Part shown: positions 1 through 9,777 of the stretch, in pieces | Numbering within the stretch: position 1 is the first letter of the stretch | Layout of the letters: each line of letters begins with the position of its first letter | Translations under genes and position numbers: made by a program | The notes under the pieces: generated by a model | Told to the model about the DNA's origin: nothing | Database searches by the model: none | Seen by the model: only the letters and a program-made list of their open reading frames with translations | Origin: a virus | Taxonomy: Duplodnaviria > Heunggongvirae > Uroviricota > Caudoviricetes | IMG/VR virus record: IMGVR_UViG_3300028833_000001 | Location: 127,171-191,170 of that record | Direction: 5' to 3' (one strand) | DNA length: 64,000 bases

Positions 1-921
1 AGTGGCAAGTTTTCCCTCACTGTTAACAGAAACGGCAATCATAGAAAGACCATAGTCGTCAAGCGGACAATTCTTACCAACAATAGGCTTGCAATCCATA
101 AAATCATCCCTAAGGCAAAAATAAAACTGATTCAAACCATCGTTGGTGTATCTTTCAAACATATGACGGTCCTGCGTTATACACCACGATACATAACTAC
201 TGTATGCGCTGGCGTCATCAAATGAATCAATCTTAACTATATTGTACCTTCCTTCACCAGTCTCAAACTTGTTTAATTCCATCCTGCCATTCTTTTCGTT
301 CGCCTCCATCTCACCTCTGAATATGTTCAGCAGGCGTATCAACGACAAACCGTTTAGATTCCTGTCAAATTCATTTATGTGATTACCAGTCACAATAGCG
401 TTCAAAACACCGTTTACCAACTCAACAAAAACATTATGCCTGAATTTAATTGTCTCAATGTTCAGCCTCATAACACCCAATATGAACTTGGAACCCTTGT
501 CCGTCCTCAATATGGGACACTCCCTCCTTATTGTGTTGCGAACCAAATTGTCAGCTTCATCGTGACTCAGCCACAACTTAGACATCGCTAACTTTATAGC
601 AGCCGATATAGACTTTGCAGCCTGGTCCTCGTTCAACAATCTCCTGGTACATTCAGATACCATAGACATTATGTCTTTTCTGCTAATTTTTGTTTCGTTT
701 ACCGAAGATTCATTGTTGCAAGACAAATACCTGTTTAACCCCCTCATTAACTCCTCGGCAAAATAATAATTGGTCTCATAACCATCCCTGCTTCTCCATT
801 TATCGAAAATCTTTCTGAATTCCCTGCCTTCAATATCATTCGGTATGTCCAGGCCAAATTTATCAACTAGTTTCAATATTCCACGCTTGTTGCGCAATAT
901 GTTGTCAATAGTTATCCTCAT
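1..921 (-). CDS. hypothetical protein, C-terminus beyond window start; its N-terminal part resembles the middle of the 57380..60046 protein (YFCLRDDF...DDYGLSMIAVSVNSEG vs YICLRDDF...DEYALSMISVLVGTDG)
   Basis: Manual reverse-strand translation from ATG at 919-921 (MRITIDNILRNKRG...) runs without stops to position 1. It is absent from the ORF track only because it is truncated by the window edge. Confidence 0.5.
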   Translation of the reverse strand, partial: MRITIDNILRNKRGILKLVDKFGLDIPNDIEGREFRKIFDKWRSRDGYETNYYFAEELMRGLNRYLSCNNESSVNETKISRKDIMSMVSECTRRLLNEDQAAKSISAAIKLAMSKLWLSHDEADNLVRNTIRRECPILRTDKGSKFILGVMRLNIETIKFRHNVFVELVNGVLNAIVTGNHINEFDRNLNGLSLIRLLNIFRGEMEANEKNGRMELNKFETGEGRYNIVKIDSFDDASAYSSYVSWCITQDRHMFERYTNDGLNQFYFCLRDDFMDCKPIVGKNCPLDDYGLSMIAVSVNSEGKLAT

Positions 922-1051
922 AAACAATTAATATACTATATTATTCATTATAATACATAAATAGTTGCTAATCCACACAATACTCAATTGACAATAGCAC
1001 AATTTTAATTTATATTACAAATACAATAAGATAAAATATAATTAAAATTAT

Positions 1052-1411
1052 ATGAAACAAGACAAAGAAACCGTTAATTCTGAATTAAACGACAACGTGA
1101 CACAAGAACAACTGGAATTGATTCACTCAATAGCAGATAGCCTCGAAGACTTCTATAAGAAATGCTATAAGGATGCCGAAATATTCAAACCATCAATGGA
1201 TGAACTTACCCAAATCATCAAGACACTCTATAACAATGAAATATCCGAAGACAGAATTAAAATTGAAATCGATGAAATGTCACAACCATGGTGGAACTTC
1301 AAGAAACTTAACGACCACCAATTCATAGCCTCATGCAACATACCAATGGCTGGAAGAAGCTGGCTTATAGACACTGAACGAAATGTGACATTCCTCCTAT
1401 GGCTGAGCTAA
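1052..1411 (+). CDS. hypothetical small acidic protein
   Basis: 119-aa ORF with an AT-rich upstream region and no overlapping alternative. Confidence 0.4.
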   Translation: MKQDKETVNSELNDNVTQEQLELIHSIADSLEDFYKKCYKDAEIFKPSMDELTQIIKTLYNNEISEDRIKIEIDEMSQPWWNFKKLNDHQFIASCNIPMAGRSWLIDTERNVTFLLWLS

Positions 1412-2075
1412 TCGATACGATATCAAACCTACACTATAATAATATTAATATGATATCATTTTGATATCATTCTAATATTAAAATTTCTACGCCAAATTCC
1501 GTTACTTAACGTGTTGATAGTTACTTGATTTTAATTTTATCCGCAACCTAAGAGAATGAGTTAGAATTGTTTATGACAAGTAATTGAAAATAACATCGTT
1601 ACATAACGAGTTGATATGAAATAAGTTTAGATTGGCTAATTTTAATTGGAATTTATTTAATTATGCGTTGTATACGGTTTTAATTAAAATTGGCGTTTGC
1701 TGGGACGAGAAAGATGAAGAGCAACCGTTTTTTTAATTTTAAATTATATTTATATATGAAGTGAAATTTATTTTTTGATTAAGTTTATTTTTTTTGTTAT
1801 TAACAAATGACAGTCAATTTAAATTTTGGCTGTCATTTCTTTTTATACGCGGCAAAACTTGAAATCTCATAGGGTCAAAAAACCGATTCGAACTGTCAGG
1901 TGTCAAAATTTTAATTTAAAATTTAATTTTTTTTTCAACAAATTTTAACATATTCGGCTCAGGCATTAATTAACTATGTTTTAATTAATTACAATTAAAA
2001 TTTTATATATTTGTAATTAATTAAAATTAAATGTATATTTATTAGAAATAAGGATAAATTTAAATTTAAGTTAGC

Positions 2076-2342
2076 ATGAAGAGGTTATATTTGGAGACCG
2101 AGTATGGTGTTAGGGATGCTCATGATTTATGGCGTGGTGTCATGGACGGATATGTAATGGGCATATTGAATGACATTGAATGTGGGGGAGGATTGACGTT
2201 TGACAAGATAGCCAGGATATACAGGCATTTCAACAGTATTGCTGAGGTTGATGAGCCGTTTGAATTGGTATGGTTCAGCAGGGAGGCGGTAAATGTTTTT
2301 TGGCCGAACGACAATTGGAGGGTTACATTTAAATTAAAATGA
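2076..2342 (+). CDS. hypothetical small protein in a GC-elevated segment
   Basis: 88-aa ORF with AAGGA 8 nt upstream. Its composition differs from the flanking AT-rich DNA. Confidence 0.3.
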   Translation: MKRLYLETEYGVRDAHDLWRGVMDGYVMGILNDIECGGGLTFDKIARIYRHFNSIAEVDEPFELVWFSREAVNVFWPNDNWRVTFKLK

Positions 2343-2439
2343 TATCAATAGAAATGGGTTAAAAAATTTTGGTATCATTTTTTTTTGGATAAAATTTTGT
2401 TTATTAAAAATTAGTTTGTAATATAGTGTAGGATTTAGG

Positions 2440-3100
2440 TTCTTTGATAGAAGACACGACACATGGCTCCTGTAGTTATAACGGAATAGAGCACCAATTT
2501 AAAATTTAATTTTAATTGGAGATTATGGTTCGAATCCATACGGGGGCACTGATAAAGATGGTTGACATAGACTGAATCAAGAAAAGAATAAATTTAGGAC
2601 AAAACAGAGAGCAGGACAGCTGCTTCTTTAAAAGTTTTCTTGAGCTGAAGGCTGTCGAATCTATGGAGACTTGGAATTTGCCCTGAAATGATATATGGGC
2701 GAACATCGCTGGTCGGGATAACGAGATTATCTCAATGTAATTGGAAAGGAAACATTCCAGCGAGAACCTGGCAAGGCCAGAGGCGATTATGCCGTATATA
2801 TGCTTCCTTTCTGCGCAATCTACTCGAAGCGCTTGTATAGTTTGAAGAGAGTTGGAATCTTGGGAGCCAAACATATCTAAAGACCGAGCGATGCAAGACG
2901 GAGCCGAAGCGATAAATTATATTGAAAGAGGCTGTCCGAGAAATATAGGCTGCTTGAACGGTGATGTAAAGTCACTAGTTCGGAAAAAACCAAAGCCGTG
3001 ATGAGCAGACCTTGTGGAAGACTAAAAACGGGGTTCCCGACCAGCAGGGTAAAGGCTTACGGATGTAGTTCTGGCAGAATTTAAATTGAGGTTAGGTTTA
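2440..3100 (+). ncRNA. candidate large structured non-coding RNA, GC-elevated and non-coding; the 5' part carries a tRNA-like T-arm (TATGG-TTCGAAT-CCATA, 2525-2541) followed by CGGGGGC-A
   Basis: About 45% GC against a ~30% background. The only ORF here (2512..2874 minus) has an implausible composition. There is an AGACUAAAAACGGGG motif at ~3018, and a strong intrinsic terminator follows at 3163-3200. Confidence 0.25.
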
Positions 3101-3162
3101 ATCCTCGGTGGAAAATTTAAATTGAACTTATATTTCTTTTCATAGTATACCTCCTTTCTTTG

Positions 3163-3200
3163 AAAACGGATGCCAGGGTAACCTCATCCGTTTTTTTTTA
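3163..3200 (+). terminator. rho-independent terminator (ACGGATG-loop-CATCCGT + T9), A-run upstream so potentially bidirectional
   Basis: AAAACGGATGCCAGGGTAACCTCATCCGTTTTTTTTT. Confidence 0.65.
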
Positions 3201-3358
3201 TATTAAAATTTAAATTATGATTACCATATTATGGCTGTGGGGTATATAATAAGATTTAAATTAAAATTTATATATGGAAAAAGAAAAGACTGGAATTTAA
3301 ATTTTCCAGTCTTCATTAGTGTGGTTATTGATGTATGTGTGTTTGTGGGTGTGGTTGT

Positions 3359-3772
3359 TTAGTTATTATCGGTTTGTAATCTTTGTGGATGTTCCCTGGG
3401 CCTTTCATTATGGTCATGATTATGTTGAGGTCCTGGTTGAGCATCGGTATTAGTTTCAGGTTCCGCTGCATACTTACCGAATTTATGGGCCTTGTCTATA
3501 TTCCCGCATCCTTGAAGGAGGACGAATATGGCTATGACGAATATAATGATATTCATCAAAGATGAAGTAAATGTAACGGTTGCTGAGACATAGAACAGGC
3601 AAACTGCCACGATAAACAACGACATCGATAATACACTATTTAAAAAATCCTTCATAACTCTATATGTTAACAACAATAAATAGACATTGGATGTGGAAAA
3701 TAAATTGGTGGTTATATACATTTTACTAATATATATGGGAATATTGAAGATATTTAAATTATGACGGCGCAA
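3359..3772 (-). CDS. membrane protein with a His-rich C-terminus
   Basis: 137 aa with two hydrophobic segments and a C-terminal PQHNHDHNERPREHPQ. Confidence 0.45.
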   Translation of the reverse strand: MRRHNLNIFNIPIYISKMYITTNLFSTSNVYLLLLTYRVMKDFLNSVLSMSLFIVAVCLFYVSATVTFTSSLMNIIIFVIAIFVLLQGCGNIDKAHKFGKYAAEPETNTDAQPGPQHNHDHNERPREHPQRLQTDNN

Positions 3773-3821
3773 CCAGGCTGAGGTCCATTGCTATATGATA
3801 TGTCCGCGCCAAAATAAATAA

Positions 3822-3876
3822 GGTACGCAAACGCGTACCCTTGTTTTAGAAAAACCCGCTTTACGGCGGGTTTTTT
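3822..3876. terminator. two adjacent hairpins: the GGTACGC-AAAC-GCGTACC palindrome, then A5-CCCGC..GCGGG-T7 (a bidirectional intrinsic terminator)
   Basis: aaggtacgcaaacgcgtacccttgtttt ... aaaaacccgctttacggcgggttttttt. Confidence 0.55.
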
Positions 3877-3920
3877 TGTAGGAAAATAATAATACTTTAA
3901 AAATTAAAATTCATTTAAAT

Positions 3921-4622
3921 TTAAAAATTAGGAGAATTTTGTTTTTCTTTTTTAAGTAATTCAATACATTTACGTGCCACATGGATAATTTTCTTAAAGT
4001 CCATAATTCTTGAGTCCACATATGACATACCAGGTTCATATTTCTCACGCAGGACTCTCTTTACAATATCTGCCTCCCATGGGTTGAGGTCATAGTCTTC
4101 CCAGATATCCCATGGTTGGATTTTATGTTGGCTATAATTTGAATTACCTACATTGAATGAACGGATGTCATCCTCTTCCACATTAAAATCTTCATCATAT
4201 TTATCGTCATCTTCATCATAGTCAATATCATCATAATCAATTTCAATTTCAGTATCTCCATTTACGGTGTCAGATTTTTCATCAAACATAAATGGGGGGT
4301 CATCGTCTTCCTCGTCATAGTCATAATTGTTAGGGTACGCAGACGCGTACCTATCTTCCTGGCATTCGTCTTGTGTTTCCGCCTGGCATTCACACATGCC
4401 GTTCATACATTCTTTATCACTACCATGCAACAAGTTGTTGTATGGATTGTCACATTTTTCATATGTGTCAGGTTCTGCACAGACTTCTGTTACAGTTGAA
4501 CTCCACTCAGGAGTGTTGGAGGTTGTTGCTATCGTGTGTGCGTCATTACAACAATTTGGATAACCCGTCAATTTATCTTCGCATTCAGTTTCAATTTTAA
4601 TTGGAATTACTTTTTTTGTCAT
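3921..4622 (-). CDS. Cys-rich, highly acidic protein with D/E/Y-rich repeats
   Basis: 233 aa containing DYDDIDYDEDDDKYDEDF. One copy of the palindrome element sits inside the CDS at 4333-4351. Confidence 0.5.
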   Translation of the reverse strand: MTKKVIPIKIETECEDKLTGYPNCCNDAHTIATTSNTPEWSSTVTEVCAEPDTYEKCDNPYNNLLHGSDKECMNGMCECQAETQDECQEDRYASAYPNNYDYDEEDDDPPFMFDEKSDTVNGDTEIEIDYDDIDYDEDDDKYDEDFNVEEDDIRSFNVGNSNYSQHKIQPWDIWEDYDLNPWEADIVKRVLREKYEPGMSYVDSRIMDFKKIIHVARKCIELLKKEKQNSPNF

Positions 4623-4766
4623 TTAATCAAACGTTTAATCTTATTATTATGCATTATAATAATACAATTAAAATTGACATTAAACAAGGATTATTTGTTT
4701 TTTTTTTTATTAAAATGACAAAAAAAACCAGGAATATTTTTCCTGGCTTTTTTGGACCATGATATA

Positions 4767-5645
4767 TTAGTAAGCAATGGCGGGAGCAATCATTGTTTTA
4801 AGTTTCTCGATAGCACCGTTTCTGAGTTGTCTAACTCGTTCGGATGACAATCCAAGGATTTCGGCAATTTCTTTGTCCTTATACTCCTTATAGTAGTCTC
4901 CGATGCCAGCATACATTTTAATGATTGTAGCTTCACGTTCTGACAGCTCATTCATAGCTGAGGAAAGAATATATGACAGATTATCTTTGTCCATCACATC
5001 CACATAATCGTTATGCGAGGAAGAAACAATTGCAAATTCGGAAGAATCTTCCATAGTGTATTCATCATCATCGGGACTGCAAGAATCGTCAATATACTCA
5101 ATAGAAGCGCCATAGATGTCACCTGAGTTCTTTACATCAATCCCGTATTCTTCATCCAAAATGGCAACAACTTCGGATGCCAAAGGAAGACGATGATGTT
5201 CATTATAGAAGGCTTGTTCAATCTTTTTGATTTTTGGAGACACGCGGGCATTGTTTGTAGGGACAACCATCATATTCTCTTTGTTGAGAAACTGATTAAT
5301 GGAGCGTCTAATATAGTAATCGGCAATAGTAGTGAACCTATACCCCGTGGCAATGTCATAGGCATAGAAGGCTTCAATCGCGCCACAATTAGCCTCGCTG
5401 ATTAAGTCACCGAGAAGGTCATTCGTGGCATATCTTTTTGCGATAGCGAAGATGAATCGCTGATTACCCTCAATGATTTCATTTCTGATTTGGAGTTTTC
5501 TCTCATTGTCTTCACTTGCATTATACTCTTCAAAGAGTTCTTTCTCCCTTTCGGGAGTCATCACTTTGAGTTTATTGAGGTCATGCAGATAAGACTTCAT
5601 AATGTCAGTTCTTTCAATGAAATTCGTTCTTTTCTTAATGTCCAT
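4767..5645 (-). CDS. sigma-70 family RNA polymerase sigma factor with regions 2, 3 and 4
   Basis: Region 2: FIFAIAKRYATNDLLGDLISEANCGAIEAFYAYDIATGYRFTTIADYYIRRSI. Region 4 HTH: IAEILGLSSERVRQLRNGAIEKLK. The sigma-54-type motif lies 44 nt upstream. Confidence 0.85.
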   Translation of the reverse strand: MDIKKRTNFIERTDIMKSYLHDLNKLKVMTPEREKELFEEYNASEDNERKLQIRNEIIEGNQRFIFAIAKRYATNDLLGDLISEANCGAIEAFYAYDIATGYRFTTIADYYIRRSINQFLNKENMMVVPTNNARVSPKIKKIEQAFYNEHHRLPLASEVVAILDEEYGIDVKNSGDIYGASIEYIDDSCSPDDDEYTMEDSSEFAIVSSSHNDYVDVMDKDNLSYILSSAMNELSEREATIIKMYAGIGDYYKEYKDKEIAEILGLSSERVRQLRNGAIEKLKTMIAPAIAY

Positions 5646-5688
5646 ATTCTTCCTAATTTTTGTTTATAAAATATTTTTGGTACATATT

Positions 5689-5705
5689 AGCAAATACCGT
5701 GCCAA
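5689..5705 (-). promoter_or_regulatory. sigma-54-type -24/-12 promoter motif
   Basis: Minus-strand TTGGCACGGTATTTGCT, 44 nt upstream of the sigma-factor ATG at 5645. Confidence 0.5.
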
Positions 5706-5799
5706 AATTTACATTACGCCATAAACCAAAAAAAAACGCTATTAATTTGTAATTAACAATATAATAGCGCTCTACGAAAAAATAAATTAAAATTTGTCA

Positions 5800-6285
5800 C
5801 TAAAAAATATGTTCATACGATATGTTGCTATCAACAAAGGTTATTTTATAGGTAGTTCTTTTCTTATTGTCATCTATGACAAGTAATGACAATTTGTCAG
5901 GTTCAATTTCTCTTACAAGTCTAAATTTCTTGTACTCTGCAAATATGTCAGTCAAGAACTGCCTCAATGTTTGGTTTGGCAGTGACCCTTTCTTTGATGT
6001 AATGGTCACCAAGTTGTCAGCCACGGTTGAATGTTTCAGTTTAACAAGAAACATACGATAAACGATTAGTTTCATATCTTTATTCCAATTCTTAAAATCT
6101 TTGGATTTATTGTCTTGCGGTTCTTTATCATTCTTTTCGCAAATAGTGATATAATCCTCATAGGGGAAATCATTTATCGTATCAACATATAATTCAATTT
6201 CATTTACCATATATGAATAAATTTTAATTTTATTATCAATTATAATATAACACATTTGTATAAAAAAAGAAAGGAGAATCCGCAT
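5800..6285 (-). CDS. hypothetical protein
   Basis: 161-aa ORF. Confidence 0.45.
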   Translation of the reverse strand: MRILLSFFIQMCYIIIDNKIKIYSYMVNEIELYVDTINDFPYEDYITICEKNDKEPQDNKSKDFKNWNKDMKLIVYRMFLVKLKHSTVADNLVTITSKKGSLPNQTLRQFLTDIFAEYKKFRLVREIEPDKLSLLVIDDNKKRTTYKITFVDSNISYEHIF

Positions 6286-6523
6286 TTTAATGCAAATTCT
6301 CCATACTCACAAACACACAATTAAAATTCTTGATTATGACAGGGAATCAAGTACCCTTGTAGCGTTTCGGGAGACAATTTTAATTTGAATGACTATTTTC
6401 GGTATAATAATTCTTAAAAAAAATTTGCTGTACGTCTCCCCAAAGTTTAAATTGTATAACCCTTAATCATCACTACTATAATACAAATTAAAATTGATAA
6501 AAACAAGTTTTTTTTGAAAAAAA

Positions 6524-6913
6524 TTAATTCAATAGAAATTTGTACACAACCTGCCCATACAAGGTTCGTTTTCGCAATACAGCGTAGCAGTTTTTGTCAT
6601 TATAGGTTGTAAGGCAGGCGGATTCTTTATTACCAAGCGGATTGCAACGGTATGTACATTTATCACCTTGTCGGTCAATCCGTGTAATCGGGAATGAATA
6701 GTCAATTAGACCATCAACTCCGTATGTGGAAAACTTCAACGAATCCCCGCAAACAAATGTGGTGTCAATCATAATCCACGCGTCTGAGAGGGCGTATTCC
6801 GTGTCTTCAACCACACACGACTTTTTAACGGGTACAAGCACATCCTGGGCATAAGTCGCGCCAATGATAGATGCGCAAATGAAAATCGCAATAATTGTAA
6901 TAAATTTCTTCAT
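6524..6913 (-). CDS. secreted Cys-rich protein with an N-terminal signal peptide
   Basis: Starts MKKFITIIAIFICASIIGATYAQ and has 8 Cys. Confidence 0.5.
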   Translation of the reverse strand: MKKFITIIAIFICASIIGATYAQDVLVPVKKSCVVEDTEYALSDAWIMIDTTFVCGDSLKFSTYGVDGLIDYSFPITRIDRQGDKCTYRCNPLGNKESACLTTYNDKNCYAVLRKRTLYGQVVYKFLLN

Positions 6914-7123
6914 ACAAATGATTTTATGTTAAACTTTAATTTAATATGTCAAAGAACTTTTTAATTGAGCAGCATAGCAGAGTCGAACTGCCGATTCAAC
7001 CTTGGAAGGGTTGCGTGTTACCACTACACTAATGCTGCTTGTACGCAAATGCGTACCCTACATTTCTGGTGCTTCCAGAGCCAAACCTTTTTAATTATAC
7101 TGATTTTTTTTCAAACAACCAAA

Positions 7124-7360
7124 TTAATATTCATCATCTGCAACCTCAGCGTTTGGTTGGTTGTATGTGTTCTGATTTTTCCAATGCTCTTTCCATAGAT
7201 GCTTCTTACAACCGTCGGAGATGAAGATTACGATGACAAGACTTATTCCGCATAGGATGGTGTACCAAACGGTGGTGAATACTGCGATAGCACCGATTGC
7301 GAGTGTCATAATCACGAATATTAGACCTATGCTTGCCCAAATTGCCTTTTTATTACTCAT
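7124..7360 (-). CDS. small membrane protein
   Basis: Two TM helices. The start was moved to the internal Met to avoid overlap with 7374..7637. Confidence 0.4.
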   Translation of the reverse strand: MSNKKAIWASIGLIFVIMTLAIGAIAVFTTVWYTILCGISLVIVIFISDGCKKHLWKEHWKNQNTYNQPNAEVADDEY

Positions 7361-7373
7361 AGTAACTATTGTT

Positions 7374-7637
7374 TTAATAATTGAAATTAGGATTGTTCTT
7401 GTTGTAGTCAAAGTTCCGCTTTGATGCCCATGCGAATTGGAAGACAGTCTTGATTACATCTTCGGTGGTCACGCGACCTTGTTCCTCTCTAAACCAACGT
7501 TTGTTGGTTTTCCATTGTTCAAGGAGGAAACCAATACCTTCATTCATTGCATTGTCTTCCTTCTTTACCTCTTCAAGCGTATTGATGAGGTTCACTGCGT
7601 CTTTGATTGTTTCGTTGTTGGGATTGATACTTTCCAT
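7374..7637 (-). CDS. hypothetical protein
   Basis: 87-aa ORF. Confidence 0.4.
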   Translation of the reverse strand: MESINPNNETIKDAVNLINTLEEVKKEDNAMNEGIGFLLEQWKTNKRWFREEQGRVTTEDVIKTVFQFAWASKRNFDYNKNNPNFNY

Positions 7638-7865
7638 TGTGTTTCTTTTTTATTTTTAACTATTTTTTATTTTTCACTTATACTGTATCCCGTCAATCCT
7701 TGTCTATCTCCAACCCACCCGATACTCCTTACTACGTGGTAATGTTTTTCAATATAACGCCAAGTATGACCATAGTATTGGCAGGCTTCCTTTTGGGTTT
7801 TGAAAATTTTAATACCCATAATTCTGTTTTTTTTATTATGGGTACGCGGTCGCGTACCCTTGTTA

Positions 7866-8096
7866 TTAATAACGTTTGCTGCGATGATACCAACGCTTAT
7901 GACCGAAGATTCGGTAGATGAGCATCACGATTGCCGCAACGATAATGAACACCAACACGCAGGTGGCAAATGCCGTCCATCCAAGTCCGATGGTTTCAAT
8001 TGCGGCTGCAAGGATAAACAGTTCTCCGATTTCAAAGACCACAAGAGTTGCGGTGATGATTAATGCGATAAAAATTGACGTGATAAATCTTTTCAT
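7866..8096 (-). CDS. small membrane protein
   Basis: 76 aa with two TM helices. The palindrome copy at 7840-7859 lies just downstream. Confidence 0.4.
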   Translation of the reverse strand: MKRFITSIFIALIITATLVVFEIGELFILAAAIETIGLGWTAFATCVLVFIIVAAIVMLIYRIFGHKRWYHRSKRY

Positions 8097-8121
8097 ATCT
8101 CTAAATTTTAATTGGCTTGAC

Positions 8122-8442
8122 TTATAAGTTAATTACAATTTGGTTGTCTTCCATAGGGATAGTGAACAACAAGTTATCACCATCATAGAAACCGTATCCA
8201 TCGATAAGGCTATTATATTGGTCGTTTTTAATAGCCTTCACTTTGATGCCGTTGCTGAACAACAGTTGCATAAATTCATCAGTGAATTGGCTGCAATCGG
8301 TCTTGATAGACATTTCATTTGATTCTCTGAATGCCACCACCTCATCCCCTCTATCATCAACCAAAATAAGGTCGTGAAAATCGCGTTCAAATTTGCAGTT
8401 GTTTGTTTTTATGAAATCCAAAAAAGCGTAAATAAAATACAT
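8122..8442 (-). CDS. hypothetical acidic protein
   Basis: 106-aa ORF. Confidence 0.45.
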   Translation of the reverse strand: MYFIYAFLDFIKTNNCKFERDFHDLILVDDRGDEVVAFRESNEMSIKTDCSQFTDEFMQLLFSNGIKVKAIKNDQYNSLIDGYGFYDGDNLLFTIPMEDNQIVINL

Positions 8443-8461
8443 AATCTTAAAATTTTATTGG

Positions 8462-8968
8462 TTATTTATTAAGTTCGTGAAAAATTGCCGACAGCATATC
8501 AATACTTAAATTAGCAATTGGCTCACTTGTGGTGTATTCAGTACCATCTTCGCCATAGTATCGTACTGACACGCAATATTGATAGTCCTGCCAATACACA
8601 CAATCGTAGTGGTTTCCGTATTCCGATATGGAAATGTCAATGCTATCCTCTCCAACTTTGCTTTTGAGTGCATCGTTGATGATGCTCACAATTGTGAACA
8701 TATTGGCTCTTATGTTGATGTGGGTATTGGCAAACAACGTTTCATACGTTACTCTGCACTCCCAACAATTTTCCAACACATCCTCATCAATTTCATCATA
8801 AGTTTCTTTGAACTCAACTCCGTTGATATAACGGATAACATATTCATCGGTGAATGAGCCGTTTTGGATTTCAAATACGTCACCATTCCATACATCAGCG
8901 GCAAATTGAACATCTCCGTTCTTCTCCACCTCATCGTGGATAACTTTGATTAATTCTTCTTTTGTCAT
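8462..8968 (-). CDS. hypothetical acidic protein
   Basis: 168-aa ORF. The motif at 9002-9018 lies 34 nt upstream. Confidence 0.5.
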   Translation of the reverse strand: MTKEELIKVIHDEVEKNGDVQFAADVWNGDVFEIQNGSFTDEYVIRYINGVEFKETYDEIDEDVLENCWECRVTYETLFANTHINIRANMFTIVSIINDALKSKVGEDSIDISISEYGNHYDCVYWQDYQYCVSVRYYGEDGTEYTTSEPIANLSIDMLSAIFHELNK

Positions 8969-9001
8969 AATTGAAAATCTTAATTTGTTGTTTGCTATAC
9001 C

Positions 9002-9018
9002 TGCAATTATCGTGCCAA
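9002..9018 (-). promoter_or_regulatory. sigma-54-type -24/-12 promoter motif
   Basis: TTGGCACGATAATTGCA, 34 nt upstream of the ATG at 8968. Confidence 0.5.
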
Positions 9019-9021
9019 AAA

Positions 9022-9720
9022 TTAAAACCTACACCATAAGAGACCTTGCACAATTCCATCTTCTGCACCGATGATATATTGAGGTTTATTGATTTTCATA
9101 AAAGAAGCCACAATGTTTTGATAGCGACAAAATTCCAAATCATTATCTCTCAAATCACTAACATCTTTGAGACCCAAGACATCAACATACAGATAACCTT
9201 TAACTTCAACGCAGGATGGATTCTCCAAAGTTTCAAGGTCAATTGGTTCACCGAATAGTTTGTCTATATCCAAAAGGTCGTTATAGGTTAAATCCATTTG
9301 TGATTTCAGTCCATTCTTGGTTGCAAATTTCACAATTTCTTTATAGTTATCAATATTCTCATTGAAATCATTGTAACGTGACGAAACAATTTCCCAAATG
9401 TCACACACATCGTCAAAAATCAATCTATAACTCGCCACTCTATCCTCATTTTCAACCTCAACATAAAATTCGTTATCATCTTTGAAGGTTTTGATTTGCT
9501 TTACTTCTTCACACATTGACGAGGCATATTCAACGTGATTACCGCCATCGTATGCGATATATAAACCATCGTCATACCGCTTGGTTGTGAGATTGATTGT
9601 ACCACCCATTTCTTTAATCATTGTGACAATATCTGAAACAATGTCACATCTCAATGCTAATGTTTTGGAATGATATTCCTCTAAACGAGACTTAATGTCT
9701 TTGTTATTGATTGCCGCCAT
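9022..9720 (-). CDS. hypothetical protein, paralog of 11557..11901 in its C-terminal domain
   Basis: LENPSCVEV...IIGAEDGIVQGLLWCRF compares with LENPTCITT...LIGAENGICKGIMYCVW. Confidence 0.5.
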   Translation of the reverse strand: MAAINNKDIKSRLEEYHSKTLALRCDIVSDIVTMIKEMGGTINLTTKRYDDGLYIAYDGGNHVEYASSMCEEVKQIKTFKDDNEFYVEVENEDRVASYRLIFDDVCDIWEIVSSRYNDFNENIDNYKEIVKFATKNGLKSQMDLTYNDLLDIDKLFGEPIDLETLENPSCVEVKGYLYVDVLGLKDVSDLRDNDLEFCRYQNIVASFMKINKPQYIIGAEDGIVQGLLWCRF

Positions 9721-9777
9721 AATTCTTAATTTTAATTTTATATAAAAATAAAAAGTGTTGTGTTATGTGACATTTTG

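Noticed and set aside
379-591. Plus-strand ORF 379..591
   Set aside because: It is embedded antisense within the continuous minus-strand CDS 1..921.
2525-2549. tRNA gene suggested by the GGTTCGAATCC T-arm
   Set aside because: No matching 5' acceptor strand (GCCCCCG), D-arm or anticodon arm could be drawn upstream by hand. It is kept only as a tRNA-like fragment within the candidate ncRNA.
2512-2874. 120-aa minus-strand ORF inside the GC-elevated island
   Set aside because: Its composition is implausible. The region looks non-coding and structured, and no promoter or start-context element is present.
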